Below, piece by piece: positions 33,696 through 50,219 of a stretch of DNA of 64,000 nt; within the stretch, counting starts at the first letter, position 1; the number at the start of each line of letters is the position of its first letter. The stretch comes from the human T2T-CHM13v2.0 reference genome, Homo sapiens. The position numbers and the translations under genes were made by a program. The stretch lies in NCBI RefSeq assembly GCF_009914755.1, contig NC_060928.1; one strand, given 5' to 3'. The notes below the pieces were generated by a model, which saw nothing but the letters and a program-made list of their open reading frames with translations, was not told the origin of the DNA and searched no databases.

Positions 33696-34041
33696 CTATA
33701 AGAATGTAACCTGCTTCTTTTTCTCAAATTAAGCTTGTGAGTTTCTCCCAAGTTGCACATTGTGGTAGTTCATTTATTTCCACAGTCATATTTATCCAGT
33801 CTACTCTTGTTGAACATTTGGAACCTTTCCACTGGGGCTACTAAGAACAGTGCTGCTATATACATCCCTACATATATTTTCCGGCATGGTTGTGTAACAG
33901 TTTCTCTAGGGTATATCCATAAGAGTCGAATTTGTATGTTTATCTGCAACTCTATAGAATATTCCCCTACTATTTTCCAAATGGTTGATACCTGTTTATG
34001 GCATATAAGATTCCATTGCTCCACCTTTTTATGTATTCACC

Positions 34042-34404
34042 TGCTATGGTTTAAATGTTCCCTCCAAAGCTCACCTTGAAGTTTAATTGCCATTGTAACA
34101 GTGTTGGGAGCTAGAACCTTTAAGAATTGATTAGGTCACAATGGCGGGGAATGGATTAATGCCATTATCATGGAAGTGGGTTAGTTATGGTGGGAGTTCA
34201 GCCCCCTTTCTCTTTGCCTCGTATGCTCACTTGCCCTTCTTCCCTTCTGCCATCTTACGATGCATCTGGAACTCCTTCACCAGACATGACCCCTTGAACT
34301 TGGACTTTCCAGCCTCCAGAACCATAAGCCAAGTAAATCTCTTTTCTTTAAAAATTACCCAATCTGTGGTATTCTGTGATAGCAGCAGAAAACAGACTAA
34401 GGCA
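34042..34404 (+). mobile_element. MST (MaLR) solo LTR
   Basis: TGCTATGGTTTAAATG...CAGACTAAGGCA; 5-bp TSD TCACC. Confidence 0.88.
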
Positions 34405-34539
34405 TCACCAAATTTTGTTTTTTATCACAATAAAAAATATTAGAAGCAACTCAAATAGCTATCAATGGGCAGTTAGCTAAATAAATTATTACAGAGCCAT
34501 ACAGCAGAATATTTTACAGCCATTAAAAGTGACAAGAAC

Positions 34540-35164
<625 letters not shown>

Positions 35165-36140
35165 TCATATGAAATTTTGTGGATTTCTTTAGACTGGATT
35201 TCAGAAAAAGAAATACAGAATTTTTCCCATGGTCACTCTTCTGAGGCACAGTCAAAAGTGCTAGGTCATTAAAAGACCTACTAAAAGTTGAAATATTGAC
35301 AGAAATATCTATATTCCTCATACATGACACATAGCCATTCAAAATCCATTTTGCTTGCAGAATACTCAAAATGTATTTATGTATTTTCAATCAACTCCAG
35401 GATTTGGTAGTTTTTAGAATTTTAAAGAGTCAGTTCCTATTTTAGAATATCTTTCTCTGCAAATGTCCACTCCTCTTGCCCTATCACCTCTTCCCCTCAG
35501 CTGATAGCCTCGTGTCCTGTTTCATAGAGACAGGCAGTAACCACCGTGTGAAGCCCACCCCAACTTTCTGTCACCAAAACCAGAAGCCACCCAGATCCAA
35601 GGCCAAGCCCTTCTCCTTCCCTTAGAGGGAGTGTCCCTCCTGATAGTGTCGTCCCATGAGCCCTCAACCCCATCTCTGCACCCTGTCTCAGGAAGTTCAG
35701 TGCACCAATTATCCCCTGTACTCCTCCTCTCAATTTGGCCTTTCCCAGAATCACATAATCATGCTCTGACAGCTCCCACCTTAGCAAACAAACAAACAAG
35801 TAAACACAAGCACAAGTATCCAAACAACAAATCAGACATCTGGTCAAGATGGTGCAATGAATTTATGCTTTAAAGCACTCCTCTTCTTAAAACTTAGTCA
35901 TGAGAGATAAAATATAAAAATAGAAACCAGACTCAAAAAGAAAACAAAACAAAAATCTCTATCTCTTTGCACTGGAAATAGAACAGAACTGCAAAGCAAG
36001 GCCAGATGGGCTCCAGCTCCAGAGGAGAACAGTATGGTTGGGATTGATTCCGGTGTGATAAAGGGGTGAAGCCAGGCTCAATAACAAGGCCAGGACCTGA
36101 GGTGGAGCTTCCCTAGCATGTGAAAAGGGGTGGAAAAAAC

Positions 36141-37015
<875 letters not shown>

Positions 37016-37092
37016 ACACAACCTAGGGCTAAATATTTTAGCAAATAGCAGACCTAAGGCATGGATGGTCACGGAAACCCTTCATGACCAAG

Positions 37093-37706
37093 TATTATGG
37101 CTTGAGTTGTGTCCTCCAAAAAGATGCCTTGAAGTCTTAACCCCTTAACAGTCAAAGACTGTTAATGGTCTTTGCAGATGTAATGAAGTTAATATGAAGT
37201 TGTTAGGATAGGTCCTAATCCAGTATGACTAGTGTCCTTATAAGAAGAGAAGAGAGGCCAGGTGAGGTGGCTCATGCTGGTAATCCCAGCATTTTGGGTG
37301 GCCAAGGCAGGAGGATTGCTTGAGCCCAGGAGTTCCAGACCAGCTTGAGCAACATAAAAAGACCCCATCTTTACCAAAAAAAAAAAAAAAAAAAGGGAAG
37401 AGACACAGACACACTGAGAAAGACAGCCATGTGAAGATAAAGGCAGAGATTGGAGAGATGCTGCCATAAACTAAGGAAAGCCTGGGGACCCCAGAGGCCA
37501 GTTTACAGAACACTGAAATAACGGAAGGCAGTTCCTAGAAAGGCCAGGACAGATCCTCCCCTGGAGCATTCTGAGGAAGCGTGGCCCTGCAGACACCTTA
37601 ATTTCAGACTTCTGGCCTCCAGACCTGTGAGACAATAAATTTTTGTTGTTTTAAACCACTCAGTTTGTGGTAATTTGTTACAGTAGCTCAAAAAAAATGA
37701 ATGCAC
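37093..37706 (+). mobile_element. MLT1 (B/C-like) LTR with inserted FLAM (37256-37395)
   Basis: MLT1 motifs GTCTTTGCAGATGTAAT..AATAAATTTTTGTTGTTTTAA. Confidence 0.8.
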
Positions 37707-37736
37707 CAAGCATTGACCAAGCAGAAGGATTAGATG

Positions 37737-38802
<1,066 letters not shown>

Positions 38803-38907
38803 AGACTAGAAACACTTTTGTGTTGGGGATTGGGGGCCTTGAAGCCAAGTGGAAACATCTGAGTAAGATAGAGAACGATCAGTTAACAAATGTAAAAGAT
38901 AGTTGAT

Positions 38908-39030
38908 GGCCAGGTGCAGTGGCTCATGCCTGTAATCCCAGCACTTTGGGAGGCTGAGATAGGTGATTGCTTAAGCCCAAGATTCAAGACCAGCCTTGGC
39001 AACATGCCAAGACTCTGTCTTTACAAAATT
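38908..39030 (+). mobile_element. FLAM
   Basis: Left monomer; TSD aaaagatagtt. Confidence 0.8.
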
Positions 39031-39049
39031 AAAAATTTTTAAAAGATAG

Positions 39050-40260
39050 TTCAGAAGCTCCAACAAACATTTCCAGAAGAAAACGGAAAGAATGGCAGGG
39101 AAACAACATTTGAATAGCCAAAAACTGCAAGTGTGAGGTGACTGCACATTGAGAGTGAACTCTGAGCAACAAGCAAGATTAGGATGAATTCCCATGGAGA
39201 CACATTCGATGAAATTAAACAACAAGAAGAGAAGGACTAAGTCTCAAAAGCTATCAAAGATAAAAGACAGATTATTTACAGAAGATTAATCATTAAATTG
39301 GCAGCAAGAATAGATAGATGCCAGAATAAAATAGTCATATATTTAAAGGACTGAAGGAAAATAACTGTCAAATCACAATTTTGTGTCCAGCTTAAGTTTC
39401 ACACAATTATGAGGGCAAATTAAGGATATTTTCAGACATGTACCAAAAGAAACATTGAAAGAGGTGCTTCAGCAGGAAGAAATCTAATCCCAGGAGAAAA
39501 ACGTGAGTTACAAGAAACAAAAGTGAACACAAAATTTGATAGACTATGTCAGTAAATGTAACTGATTTGTAAATAATTAATATATTTGAGTTTTTAAAAA
39601 ATCCAACAGACTGTTTTCTGGCAATCAGACAAAACTGATTCTAAATCCATACGGAGAAAACAAACACATCTGACCTTTGTTGTCTGGTAATGATGTGCTA
39701 TTTCCACCAACCTTCCACCCGAAAACAACTAAAAATGCTAAATAAAATATTTTTAAAATCCTCATCTGATCATGAGGAATTACCCTGCAAATGTTGGAGG
39801 AGAAACAGAAACCCAGAATGGTATGTGGAGTATGAAGGCTACATTTGCCCAAAGGCTATCTGTGGATCCTAACAATTGTGAATTTTCATTTTGAAGCTGA
39901 AGAGGACAAAGGGAAAAGAAAGGAAGCCCTGGGTCTGAACAAGGTGGAGGCTAAGAAGAGAGTTATATTCTCAGGAGAGGGCTCATCCTCCCTGAGATGA
40001 GCAGCCCAGGTTTATGTTACCTGAGAAATCCCAGAGGACCTGAAGCCAACAACATGGTGTAAGGTGCTCCTGGGCCAGTGGTATTTCCAGGTGCCTAGAA
40101 GAAGCAAATGAACATCTTTTTTGCAGAAAACCTTCATCTCAGATCCCAGGGAAAACCCCTTAACTAATAGTTTAATGATAGTGACGAACACACAGTCAAA
40201 GATAACCAGGAACACAAGGAAATAAGGCACCATGAATGAGAACAACAGAAATAACAGACC
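39050..40260 (+). mobile_element. Very old L1M ORF1/5' fragments
   Basis: A-rich degenerate ORF1 text (CTGAAGGAAAATAACTGTCAA). Confidence 0.5.
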
Positions 40261-42450
40261 TGTTAGTCTGCTGAAAAAAGCAGACACCACGATGGGGTTA
40301 AATGAGAAAGAGATTTATTACGGGAAACACCTAATACTTCTCGAATGCAGGAAATGAAGGAAAATGGGCATAAGCCAGAGAAGATGGGGAGAGCCATCAG
40401 ACTGTGACGCAGGTGAAGGAGAAAGGGAAGGAAGGAGCGGGGGATAGAAGAGTCTTACCCTGCAGGTACAGTTCTAAAAGAGCTTGTCAAGGCCGATGGG
40501 AAACCCTGAGCCAAAGGTGCCCATCAGAGGAGTTTTGTGTTTCCCAGGGATAGACCCAGCTTAGCATCCCTGCCCTGCTTGGGCATTAGCTGGGAGCAGC
40601 TGAGGCTGTCGGTCAGTTATACTCCCTGAAACTGGAGACCTGAGAGAAGTATCTCCCAGCCACCACCCCTTGTACTGTCCTGCACTTCTCCATATGGGTT
40701 CAGGGAGGAGTTCCTCTTTGGTTATTGTGGGAATTTATTCTTAACAAGCGGAAACCTAAAAGAGGAGTGTCAGGGGAATGACGCCTCTATCACTGCAGCT
40801 GATTTCAGGGCTGCAGCTGTTACACCTCTCCCCAGTTGGGATTTGCCCCATTTTCAGCAATGATCTCAGCAGCTCTTGATGGCTCACCTGGTGGTGTGAA
40901 CCAACTCTTCATTCCTGAGAGGTGTGAGCCCTTGATGATCACACTCTCCTAAGGCTGGGCTTGTTGCATGTGTCCATTCACAATTACAGCAGGGCAAGGG
41001 CGTACCAGGATGCACCCCAGCGGATCATGTGGGTTCCATTCATTCTGCTCCACTGCAGGAGACAGGGCCCCTTTGTAAGTTACCACTGAGCCTCCTACAG
41101 TTAACCATGAATAATGTGTTAAGGGTCCCAGTTTCTCATTATCTCTCTGCACGGCATCAATACAACGTAGCAGTAACTAGCCACTCTGCTGTCTTGGTAG
41201 GCATGGCTTCCTGCCCCCACCTCCAAATCTTTTGAATGCCTGCGTCTCTACCACGGCCCTTTCACTGGGACATTTTTTCACATCATTACTGGTGAAATCT
41301 CTAGTAATTAAGCCTCACTTTGTGCCAGGGACTATTCACACCCCACCTACCAACCAGGATAGCATCGTCTTTGCCCACCTGGCAGTGTGTGAAGCAACCT
41401 CAAATCCCCATTTATCATCTGTTTTCTTCAATTATTCCTTGTACCCTTTATGTTGGTCCAGGTTCTACAAGAGGCAGACACCAAGACAGAATTAGACATG
41501 CAAGAATTTATTAGGGGAATGCCTGTCCCGGAAAGTGGGTAGGCAGCCAAGGGAATTGTGGAATAGTGGAGAGTTATATTACACTGCCGTTGTGGTCCCT
41601 GTGCAGCAGAGAGGGAACAAGGAAGGCCAGGAGGAAGAATCTTGAGCTGCAATGCAGTTCTAAGGAAGTTCAGTAAGACTGATGGTGAGTCCTTGAGCCA
41701 AAACACCTATCAGAAGAATCCCACGTCTCCCAGAAACAGGCTTTGGGCACAGTGGCTCACACCTGTAATCCCAGCACTTTGGGAGGCTCAGGCAGGAAGA
41801 TCACTTGAGGCTAGGCCTTCTAGACCAGCCTGGGCAACACAGCAAGCCACCATCTTTACAAAAAAAAAAAATCGTGTTTTAATTAGCTGGTATATTAGTC
41901 TGTTCTTGCAGTGCTATAAAGAACTACCTGAGACTGGGTAATTTATAAAGAAAAGAAGTTCGATTGGCTCATGGTTCCACAGGCTGTACAGGAAGCATGG
42001 CTGGGGAGGCTTCAGGAGATATACGATCATGGTGGAAGGTGAAGGGGAAGGAGGCATGTCCCACATGGCTGCAGTGGGACAAAGAAAGTGAAGGGGGAGG
42101 TGCTACACACTTTTAGACAAACAGATCTCACTCACTATCACACTATCACGAGATCATCAAGGGGAAAATCTGCCCCCATGATGCAATCACCTCCCACCAG
42201 GCCCTTCCTCCAACACTGGGGATTACATTTGACATGAGATTTGAGCAGGGACACAAATCCAAACCATATCAGCTGGGCATGGTGTCATGCACCTGTAGTT
42301 ACAGCTACTTGGGAGGCTGAGGGAGGAGGTTGAGACTGCAGTGATCTATGATCACACCACTGCATTCCAGCCTGGGCAAAAATAAACAAAAACAAACAAA
42401 GAAACAAAAGAAACAGGCCTTCCTCAGAGTCCTTGCTGTGCCCAGCCACC
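40261..42450 (-). mobile_element. Degenerate ERVL-class provirus: LTR33-like LTR (40261-40665), ~780-bp internal, second LTR (41449-41738 and 42411-42450)
   Basis: Two homologous LTRs (GCAGACACCA.GA..G..TTA.A..G.AAGA.ATTTATT); PBS-like GGTACAAGGAAT and a purine tract on the minus strand at the internal boundaries. Confidence 0.6.
41891..42271 (-). mobile_element. MSTA-like LTR inserted inside an AluJ (41739-41890 and 42272-42410)
   Basis: TATATTAGTC...AAACCATATCA with 5-bp TSD GCTGG splitting the Alu; Alu TSD gaaacaggc. Confidence 0.88.
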
Positions 42451-42500
42451 TGTTTTTACGTATTAAGAAATAAAAGACTACCTTGAAAAATATCTCTGGG

Positions 42501-42835
42501 AGCCAGGCCCTGTGGTTCATGCCTGTAATCCCAGCACTTAGGAGGCTGAGGGGAGAGGATTGCTTGAGGCCAGAAGTTTGAGACCAGCCTGGGCAACATA
42601 ATGAGACTCTGTCTTCACACACACACACACACACACAAACATAAATAAAATTAGCCAGGTACAGTGGCATGTGCCTATAGTCCAAGCTACTTGGGAAGCT
42701 GAGGTGGGAGGATTGCTTGAGCTCAGGAGGTCGAGGATGCAGTAAACTATGATCTCACCACTGCCTTCCAGCCTGGGCAGCAGAGCAAGACCCTATCTCA
42801 AAAAAGAAAAAGAAAAGAAAAGAAAAGAAAAGAAA
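42501..42835 (+). mobile_element. AluJ with (CA)n linker and (GAAAA)n tail
   Basis: Alu consensus. Confidence 0.9.
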
Positions 42836-42839
42836 ATGT

Positions 42840-43720
42840 CTTTGGGGAATCAGGAACTATAAAATTACCCTAACAAACAAATAGAACTCCAAAAAGCAAA
42901 CAACCCTATAACTAAAATTAATTACTCAAATATAGTTTAACAGCAGGCTAGACAGAGCTAAAGAGAAAATTGGTGAACTGGATGTTGGTCAGAAGAAATT
43001 ATGTAGAATGTAGCACAGAGGACAAAAAATATAGAAAAGAGGTTAAAAAACATTGATGATAAAATAAGAAGGTCTAATATACATTTAATAAGTGTCCTAA
43101 AAAGAGAGGAGAAAAAATAACTAAAAGACAATATTTGAAATGATAATAACTAATAACTTACAAGAAAGACAAATCCACAGATTTAAGAAACTTATTAAAT
43201 CCTAAGCAGGGGAGAAAATCTACAACTAGATACATGCAGTGGAACTAAAACAAAACAAAACAAACAAAAACATGAAACAATACAATTATTTTAAAGGTGC
43301 AAAGACAAATTTTCAAAGCAGCCAGAGGGGGAAAAAACTAATTACCTTAGAGGGAGTTAAAACAGTCAGACTGTGTGAGACCTAATTCTTTAACAGCCAC
43401 AGTGGAAACCGGAAGACAAAGAATGAGATTTTCAATGTGCTAAGAGAAAATAATTGTCAATTTGAAATTATTTCAGGAAGGAAACAAAGAAAGACATTTT
43501 CAGACAAAGAAGACAAAGAGTTTACGACCAGGAGAAGCTTGCTAAAGGGAATTCTAAGGGGCATATTTTAAAAAAAGAAAAATGATCCCATATGGAGAGC
43601 CAGAAATGATGAAGGAATGAAGAACACAGGAAGCTCTAAATGTGTTGATAAATCTAACAAACATTGACTGTATAAAACAAAAATAATGATGTCTTTGGGG
43701 ATTAAAAAATAAATGATAGA
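42840..43720 (+). mobile_element. Old L1M ORF1 remnant
   Basis: A-rich ORF1-like text (GTGAACTGGA..CAGAAGAAATT; TTCAATGTGCTAAGAGAAAATAA). Confidence 0.6.
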
Positions 43721-44667
43721 AATGTAATTAGTTTAATCTCTATGGAGGGAAATTTAGCATTACTGTACTTATCAAAATTACAAATGTACATATCCTTTGA
43801 TTTAGCAATTCCACAAAGAATTGTAGGAATTTATTTGAAGGTTGAGTATTTCTTATTGTAATTAGTCTTCACATTGTTTTGACTGCAGGCAAGGATATTT
43901 CAGATATGTGAGCGCTTACTGGAACCAACGAAATTCTTAAGTTGTATAATTCTTCCAAATTCTTTGATAATTCCTGGTTCAATCTGTGTTTACCCCCACT
44001 AAATTTATGACTACTTCTGTTTCTAAATGCTTTACAATTGAATCACAATTAAATGTAATGAGAAGATCATATTTAAAACTCCATGATTAATTATTCTATA
44101 AAATAACACTTTTTTTCTATTATAAAGAAAATAGCCTCTAATTTATCTGTTTTTCAAGTGCAGAAAATCGTCATGTTGAAGTGGACTGCATTGCAAAAGC
44201 TTTTAAGCTGCTCGTGTGAACTCTGAATAAATTTTCCCTAAAAACCATTTTATTAAAAATGATTGTATTCACAAATAATCTTAAGAAAGTTGGTTTAACC
44301 CACAATGAGTTGAAATGGTCCACACTTGTGATGAAAAATAGTAAAAAGCAACATTTGTTATTTCCAGAAAATTGAAAATGGATAAGAACAAGAATCAATC
44401 TTTTTGTTCAATGTCGGTGCCTCAGGAAAAGTGGGTAAAAGCAATGTAGACACACAATCAGATGAGAAGACGACAAGAGCCTTCTGTAGAACTCTGGGCC
44501 CTTTTTGAGGCCTTTACGAGTTTATGGAGAAATCATGAAATGTATTATTTTCCTTTTCCTTTTCCTTGGAAAAAAATATCTAAGACCATAACACGTTTGC
44601 TTTAAAGTTGTGATTAGTGTCACTACTGCTGCACAAACAGAACTCGAGAAAGAAGAAGAGAAATCAT

Positions 44668-44980
44668 CTTTTTTTTATTATTATTTTTTATTTTTTTTTG
44701 CGAGACAGAGTCTGGCTCTGCCGCCAGGCTGCAGTACAGTGGTGCGAGATCTTTGCTCACTGTAGCCTCCACCTTCCGGGTTCAAGCAATTCTCCTGCCT
44801 CAGCCTCCTGGGTAGCTGACATTACAGGCATGCGCCACCACGCCCAGCTAATTTTTGTATTTTTAGTAGAGATGGGGTTTCACCATGTTGGCCAGGCTGG
44901 TCTCGATTTCTTGACCTCGTGATCCGCCCGCCTTGGCCTCCCAAAGTGCTGGGATTACAGACGTGAGCACTGCGCCCGGC
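44668..44980 (-). mobile_element. AluS
   Basis: Alu consensus; TSD gagaaat.atc. Confidence 0.92.
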
Positions 44981-45261
44981 GAGAAATTATCATTTCTAAG
45001 GAAGCCAAACGGGTTAAGAGAGGCAAGGAGGAAGAGGAGGGATTAAGAGAATATGAGTGCCAACAAAGCAACTGCATGAGACTAAATAAACTGAATTATA
45101 AATGGAAAAACACAAAGGAAAAGTAGCTAGAGACAGGTCTGTCCCCTGGGTAAGGATCACAATGCCTGGCCTTCGTGAAAGCTCAATGAAGATTTATTGA
45201 ACAGAGCAGAACTGAACTGCCCCCGAGAAAATCGTTTGAGGGTAGATGTTAGTTACCCATG

Positions 45262-45282
45262 TGGACCACCAGGTGGCAGCAT
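45262..45282 (+). promoter_or_regulatory. CTCF-binding motif
   Basis: GGACCACCAGGTGGCAGCA closely matches the CTCF core CCACCAGG(G/T)GGC(G/A). Confidence 0.65.
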
Positions 45283-46565
45283 GATCTCGTGACCCCTCAA
45301 TTGTCCCAGGTAAAACCCGGATGGGTAAGAAGCCCATCTACCACCAGGAGATTTTTGTGGATAGATGTTCATTAGTCAAATGTTCATAATTTGGTAAGAA
45401 TTTGTATGACTTTTCTCAAATCAGGTGAAGGACGGCTGAAGGAATCTTACTGATGGAATTTGGGTCCCAAACTCCCTACCTATTTTAACCTGAAGTCATT
45501 ATTCTTCAAAAATTACCCAAAAAACTACATTGCTACATTTCTAACCATTAATATCAAGTTAAAAACACATGGAATGTGTGAGCTAGCAATAATCTAGATG
45601 ACCGACATTCAGATAGAACTATTGCTACTACATGTTGCCTTTTGCTTTTTATAGCTGTGAATTGACCTATTTCCCAAAAATACAATTAGTCCAAGCTTTA
45701 TTATTTCAGGCTTATTCATACATGAATATTCCTCTGAGCATTACTAAAATAAAAACCAAGTAAAACAGATTAAAAACTATATTTAATGGTCCCCAAAGAA
45801 ACCCTTAAAAAAAATCTTCTCTCTGCCCATACTGAAGAATGATACCAAAATAGTTTGAAAGTTTAAAGCAAATAATTAGAAAGTAAAACAAAATGTTCTT
45901 AGGCTATGTTGATGGAGATCTGGCTAAACCCTTGAGAAGACAGGAAACGTAACTGAGAAATACGCTGCTCTCCTTTATCTAAGTGTGATTAACTACAATG
46001 CTTGCTCTGCAAGGTCGGGATCACTTTTCATGAATTCTTTCTCCGAGTGCGTCTTGCAGGGTCAGGCCCTCCCCTCCTGAACTCCATGGTTGACAATGGA
46101 TCCACTGGTACAGTTCTGCTTCTCTCCTGGATGTGGAAAACCCCAAAATTGCACTCCTCACCCAGATCTCTTTTCCACCTACGCTCAGCACTCTGTTTAC
46201 TGAACATTTGCAATGGTGAACCTGAGGGTCTGGAAGCCCCCAGGAAGAAAAGTAAAGTGAGATTCCATTTCATTGCCATTACTGCTAAGGGTTATTCACG
46301 CAAGAATTCCAACAATTTACATAAGGATCATTAGCCTCACTGGAAATGCATTTCATTGCAACAGACCTGAGTCTTACATTCTTGACATTTTCCAAGGAGT
46401 GGCACTGGGCATTGGCCATCAGAAATGGCCATGGTGATTATGCAGTTTTAGAAATATGCCTAAGATACATGAGGGATGCATTCCCCCAAACCATTATCCT
46501 CAGCCCTACAGAGTGATCTGGATAAGATGTGCTGAAGCTCCATGGAGTTTAAAGTAGTATTTATT

Positions 46566-46712
46566 GGCCGGGGACAGTGGCTTATGTTGAGGTGGGAGGA
46601 CTGCTTGAGCCCCGGAGCTCAAGGTTGCAGTGAGCTATGATTGCCCCATTGCCCACTGCACTCCAGCCCGGGGGGACATAATGAGAACCCGTCTCAAAAA
46701 AAAAAAAAAAAA
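46566..46712 (+). mobile_element. Alu monomer fragment
   Basis: Partial Alu with A tail. Confidence 0.8.
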
Positions 46713-47049
46713 GCACTTACTAAAAAATCTGAATTCCCCTTTGTTTCATTCACTGTATAGGGTCTACTTTGAAGGGAAGTGTTGTAATCTACAGAAGGCA
46801 AGGGTGACCTATTAATATTTGCAGAAGATAAATGATTACTCTGATTACTATTTGTAGGATCACCAATTTACACTGATTCTGCACTAGTCTGATACGGCAG
46901 CAGTCAGTGTAAAGTGTACTAGGTGATTTTGTGGAAGCCACAATTTGTGCAAAATATATCCTCTCAAGCTGAAAAGGATGTTTAAAAGATCATGGAAATC
47001 ACGAATGCCAGTGGGAGTAATTTGGGGCTTTATTTGTTAAATTAGGCAA

Positions 47050-47700
47050 CAAAATATCAGCAAGATATTTCAAGAGGAAAATATTATTTGTAATTTAGGG
47101 GAAAAAATCCCTGAAAAATGGAGATCTGAAACCCAAGGTAGGGAAAATCATTAGGAAGAAATTGAAAAATATTAGGCAAGAGATGAATCCTGGGTCTGTG
47201 TAGCGGGGAATGGGGAAAGAGTGAAAAGTAAAGGAAACTGCGGGAAGTGAGTTATAGGGCTTAGGGGAAAGAGGGTGATAAGAGAAGGAAACAATGGTTG
47301 ATTTCATAGCAGGGGTCACTAAGGCAATGATAAAGGCATTAAGGGAGGGAGGAGAAGCAGGAGGAAAAATCTGGATGAAAAGACAATGAGCTTGGTGGGG
47401 GGTATATTAGCAAGATATCCTCATGATGTCTAGCAGGCATTTGGAAAGTCTGTGTGGATTTCAGGGGAGTAAAACTAGAGCTATAGATTTGGGACTCCTG
47501 GGCATAAAGGTGGCAGTTGGATCTATGAAAATGGGCCATCAGTTCATCCTCACGGGGAAATATAGAAAGAAAAAGTGTTGAGGAAGAGCCTGGGGAATTT
47601 TACACTCTGGGGACAGAAAGTGGCGAAGGAAGCTGTGAGATGGAGATGAGGGGCATCTAGAGGGATGGGGGAATCAGAAAGGTTCAAGGGCAGAGAACCC
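47050..47700 (+). mobile_element. L2 remnant
   Basis: Purine-rich; GATGTCTAGCAGGCA.TTGGA..TATAGATTTGGGA L2 motifs. Confidence 0.6.
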
Positions 47701-47742
47701 CAGGTTGGAGCCAGTTGCAAGGACAGAGCTTGTGACTGGACA

Positions 47743-48445
<703 letters not shown>

Positions 48446-49008
48446 AGGCTGTTAGATCTGGAAGTTCCCCACTGGCCAACTGAGGGATACGCATTATAAT
48501 GGCAACGGTGAGCCTGTCCTCAGCACATGCTACCTGCTGGGTTCCGTGGAGAGTGCTTCACATGTATTAGCCCGTTTAACATTCACAAGCACCCTATGAA
48601 GTAGGTACTATTATCATCAGCACGTCTTTTTCCAGAGGAGGAAACAGAGGCACCAAGAGACACTTTGCCCAAAGTCACAAAGATAATAAGTGGCAGAACC
48701 CACGAGCTCGGCTTCTACACAGTGAATTTCATCAGCGATTTGTAGCTTGCTCCACCCTCAACAGATACCTGAGAAGTAATGATGTTGCTGAATTACTCAA
48801 AGGAACAGATGCATTTCCCATCAGCTGTCACTGACTGCAGCCTCTCTCTAAGGTATAAGGTGAATTCCGCAGGTAGATGTGACAGCTTGAAGAGAAAGGA
48901 AAATAAACAATAACTAATAGGTGGTTAAAGTGTCTCAGATTTAAAAAGCAAAGAGAGCAACCCTATTATGACTTCAAATATGTGTGTTTATTTAAGTTGT
49001 GTTTCTTA

Positions 49009-49345
<337 letters not shown>

Positions 49346-49392
49346 CAATGCAATGAGAAAATATTTAACAATGCATTTATACACTGAAAGCC

Positions 49393-49753
<361 letters not shown>

Positions 49754-49859
49754 TAGATTTTCTATCGTTTTGGCTTTATTGGTTTTTAACCAGAGATGAC
49801 TTTTTGAACTATTTTAACTTCAGGTTAGCCTTTAACATGAGAAGAGTGAGGAGAAAGAA

Positions 49860-49918
49860 ACACACACAGGTACACACAGAGATGCACGCACGCACACACA
49901 CACACACACACACACACC
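49860..49918. repeat. Interrupted (CA)n microsatellite
   Basis: CA runs with CG interruptions. Confidence 0.9.
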
Positions 49919-50219
49919 TTCAAACATGGATACACGGAAATGAAGTGAGAGGAAAAGAAATAAAAATCAGGTTACTAAAATTAAAATTCAAACAGGACCC
50001 TCTGGTGAGAATTCCTGCGAGAAGGTAGGTAGCCTGTCACTTTTATCTAAGAGAGAAGAATTCCCAGGACAATGGCACAAAAGCTGGGAAATGGCTCTAA
50101 AATGTCTCTATCTTCACTTCTTAAATCCCTCTCCAGCGTAACTGCATGGCGCAGGAAGCCACAAAAGCCTGAAAGAAACTGCCTGAGGGTGAGTGGGGCT
50201 CTTCCGAAAAGACTGAGTG

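Noticed and set aside
46060-46256. Plus-strand exon candidate (TCTTGCAG acceptor)
   Set aside because: Only weak donors follow (AAA|GTAAAG, AAA|GTGAGA), and there is no other support.
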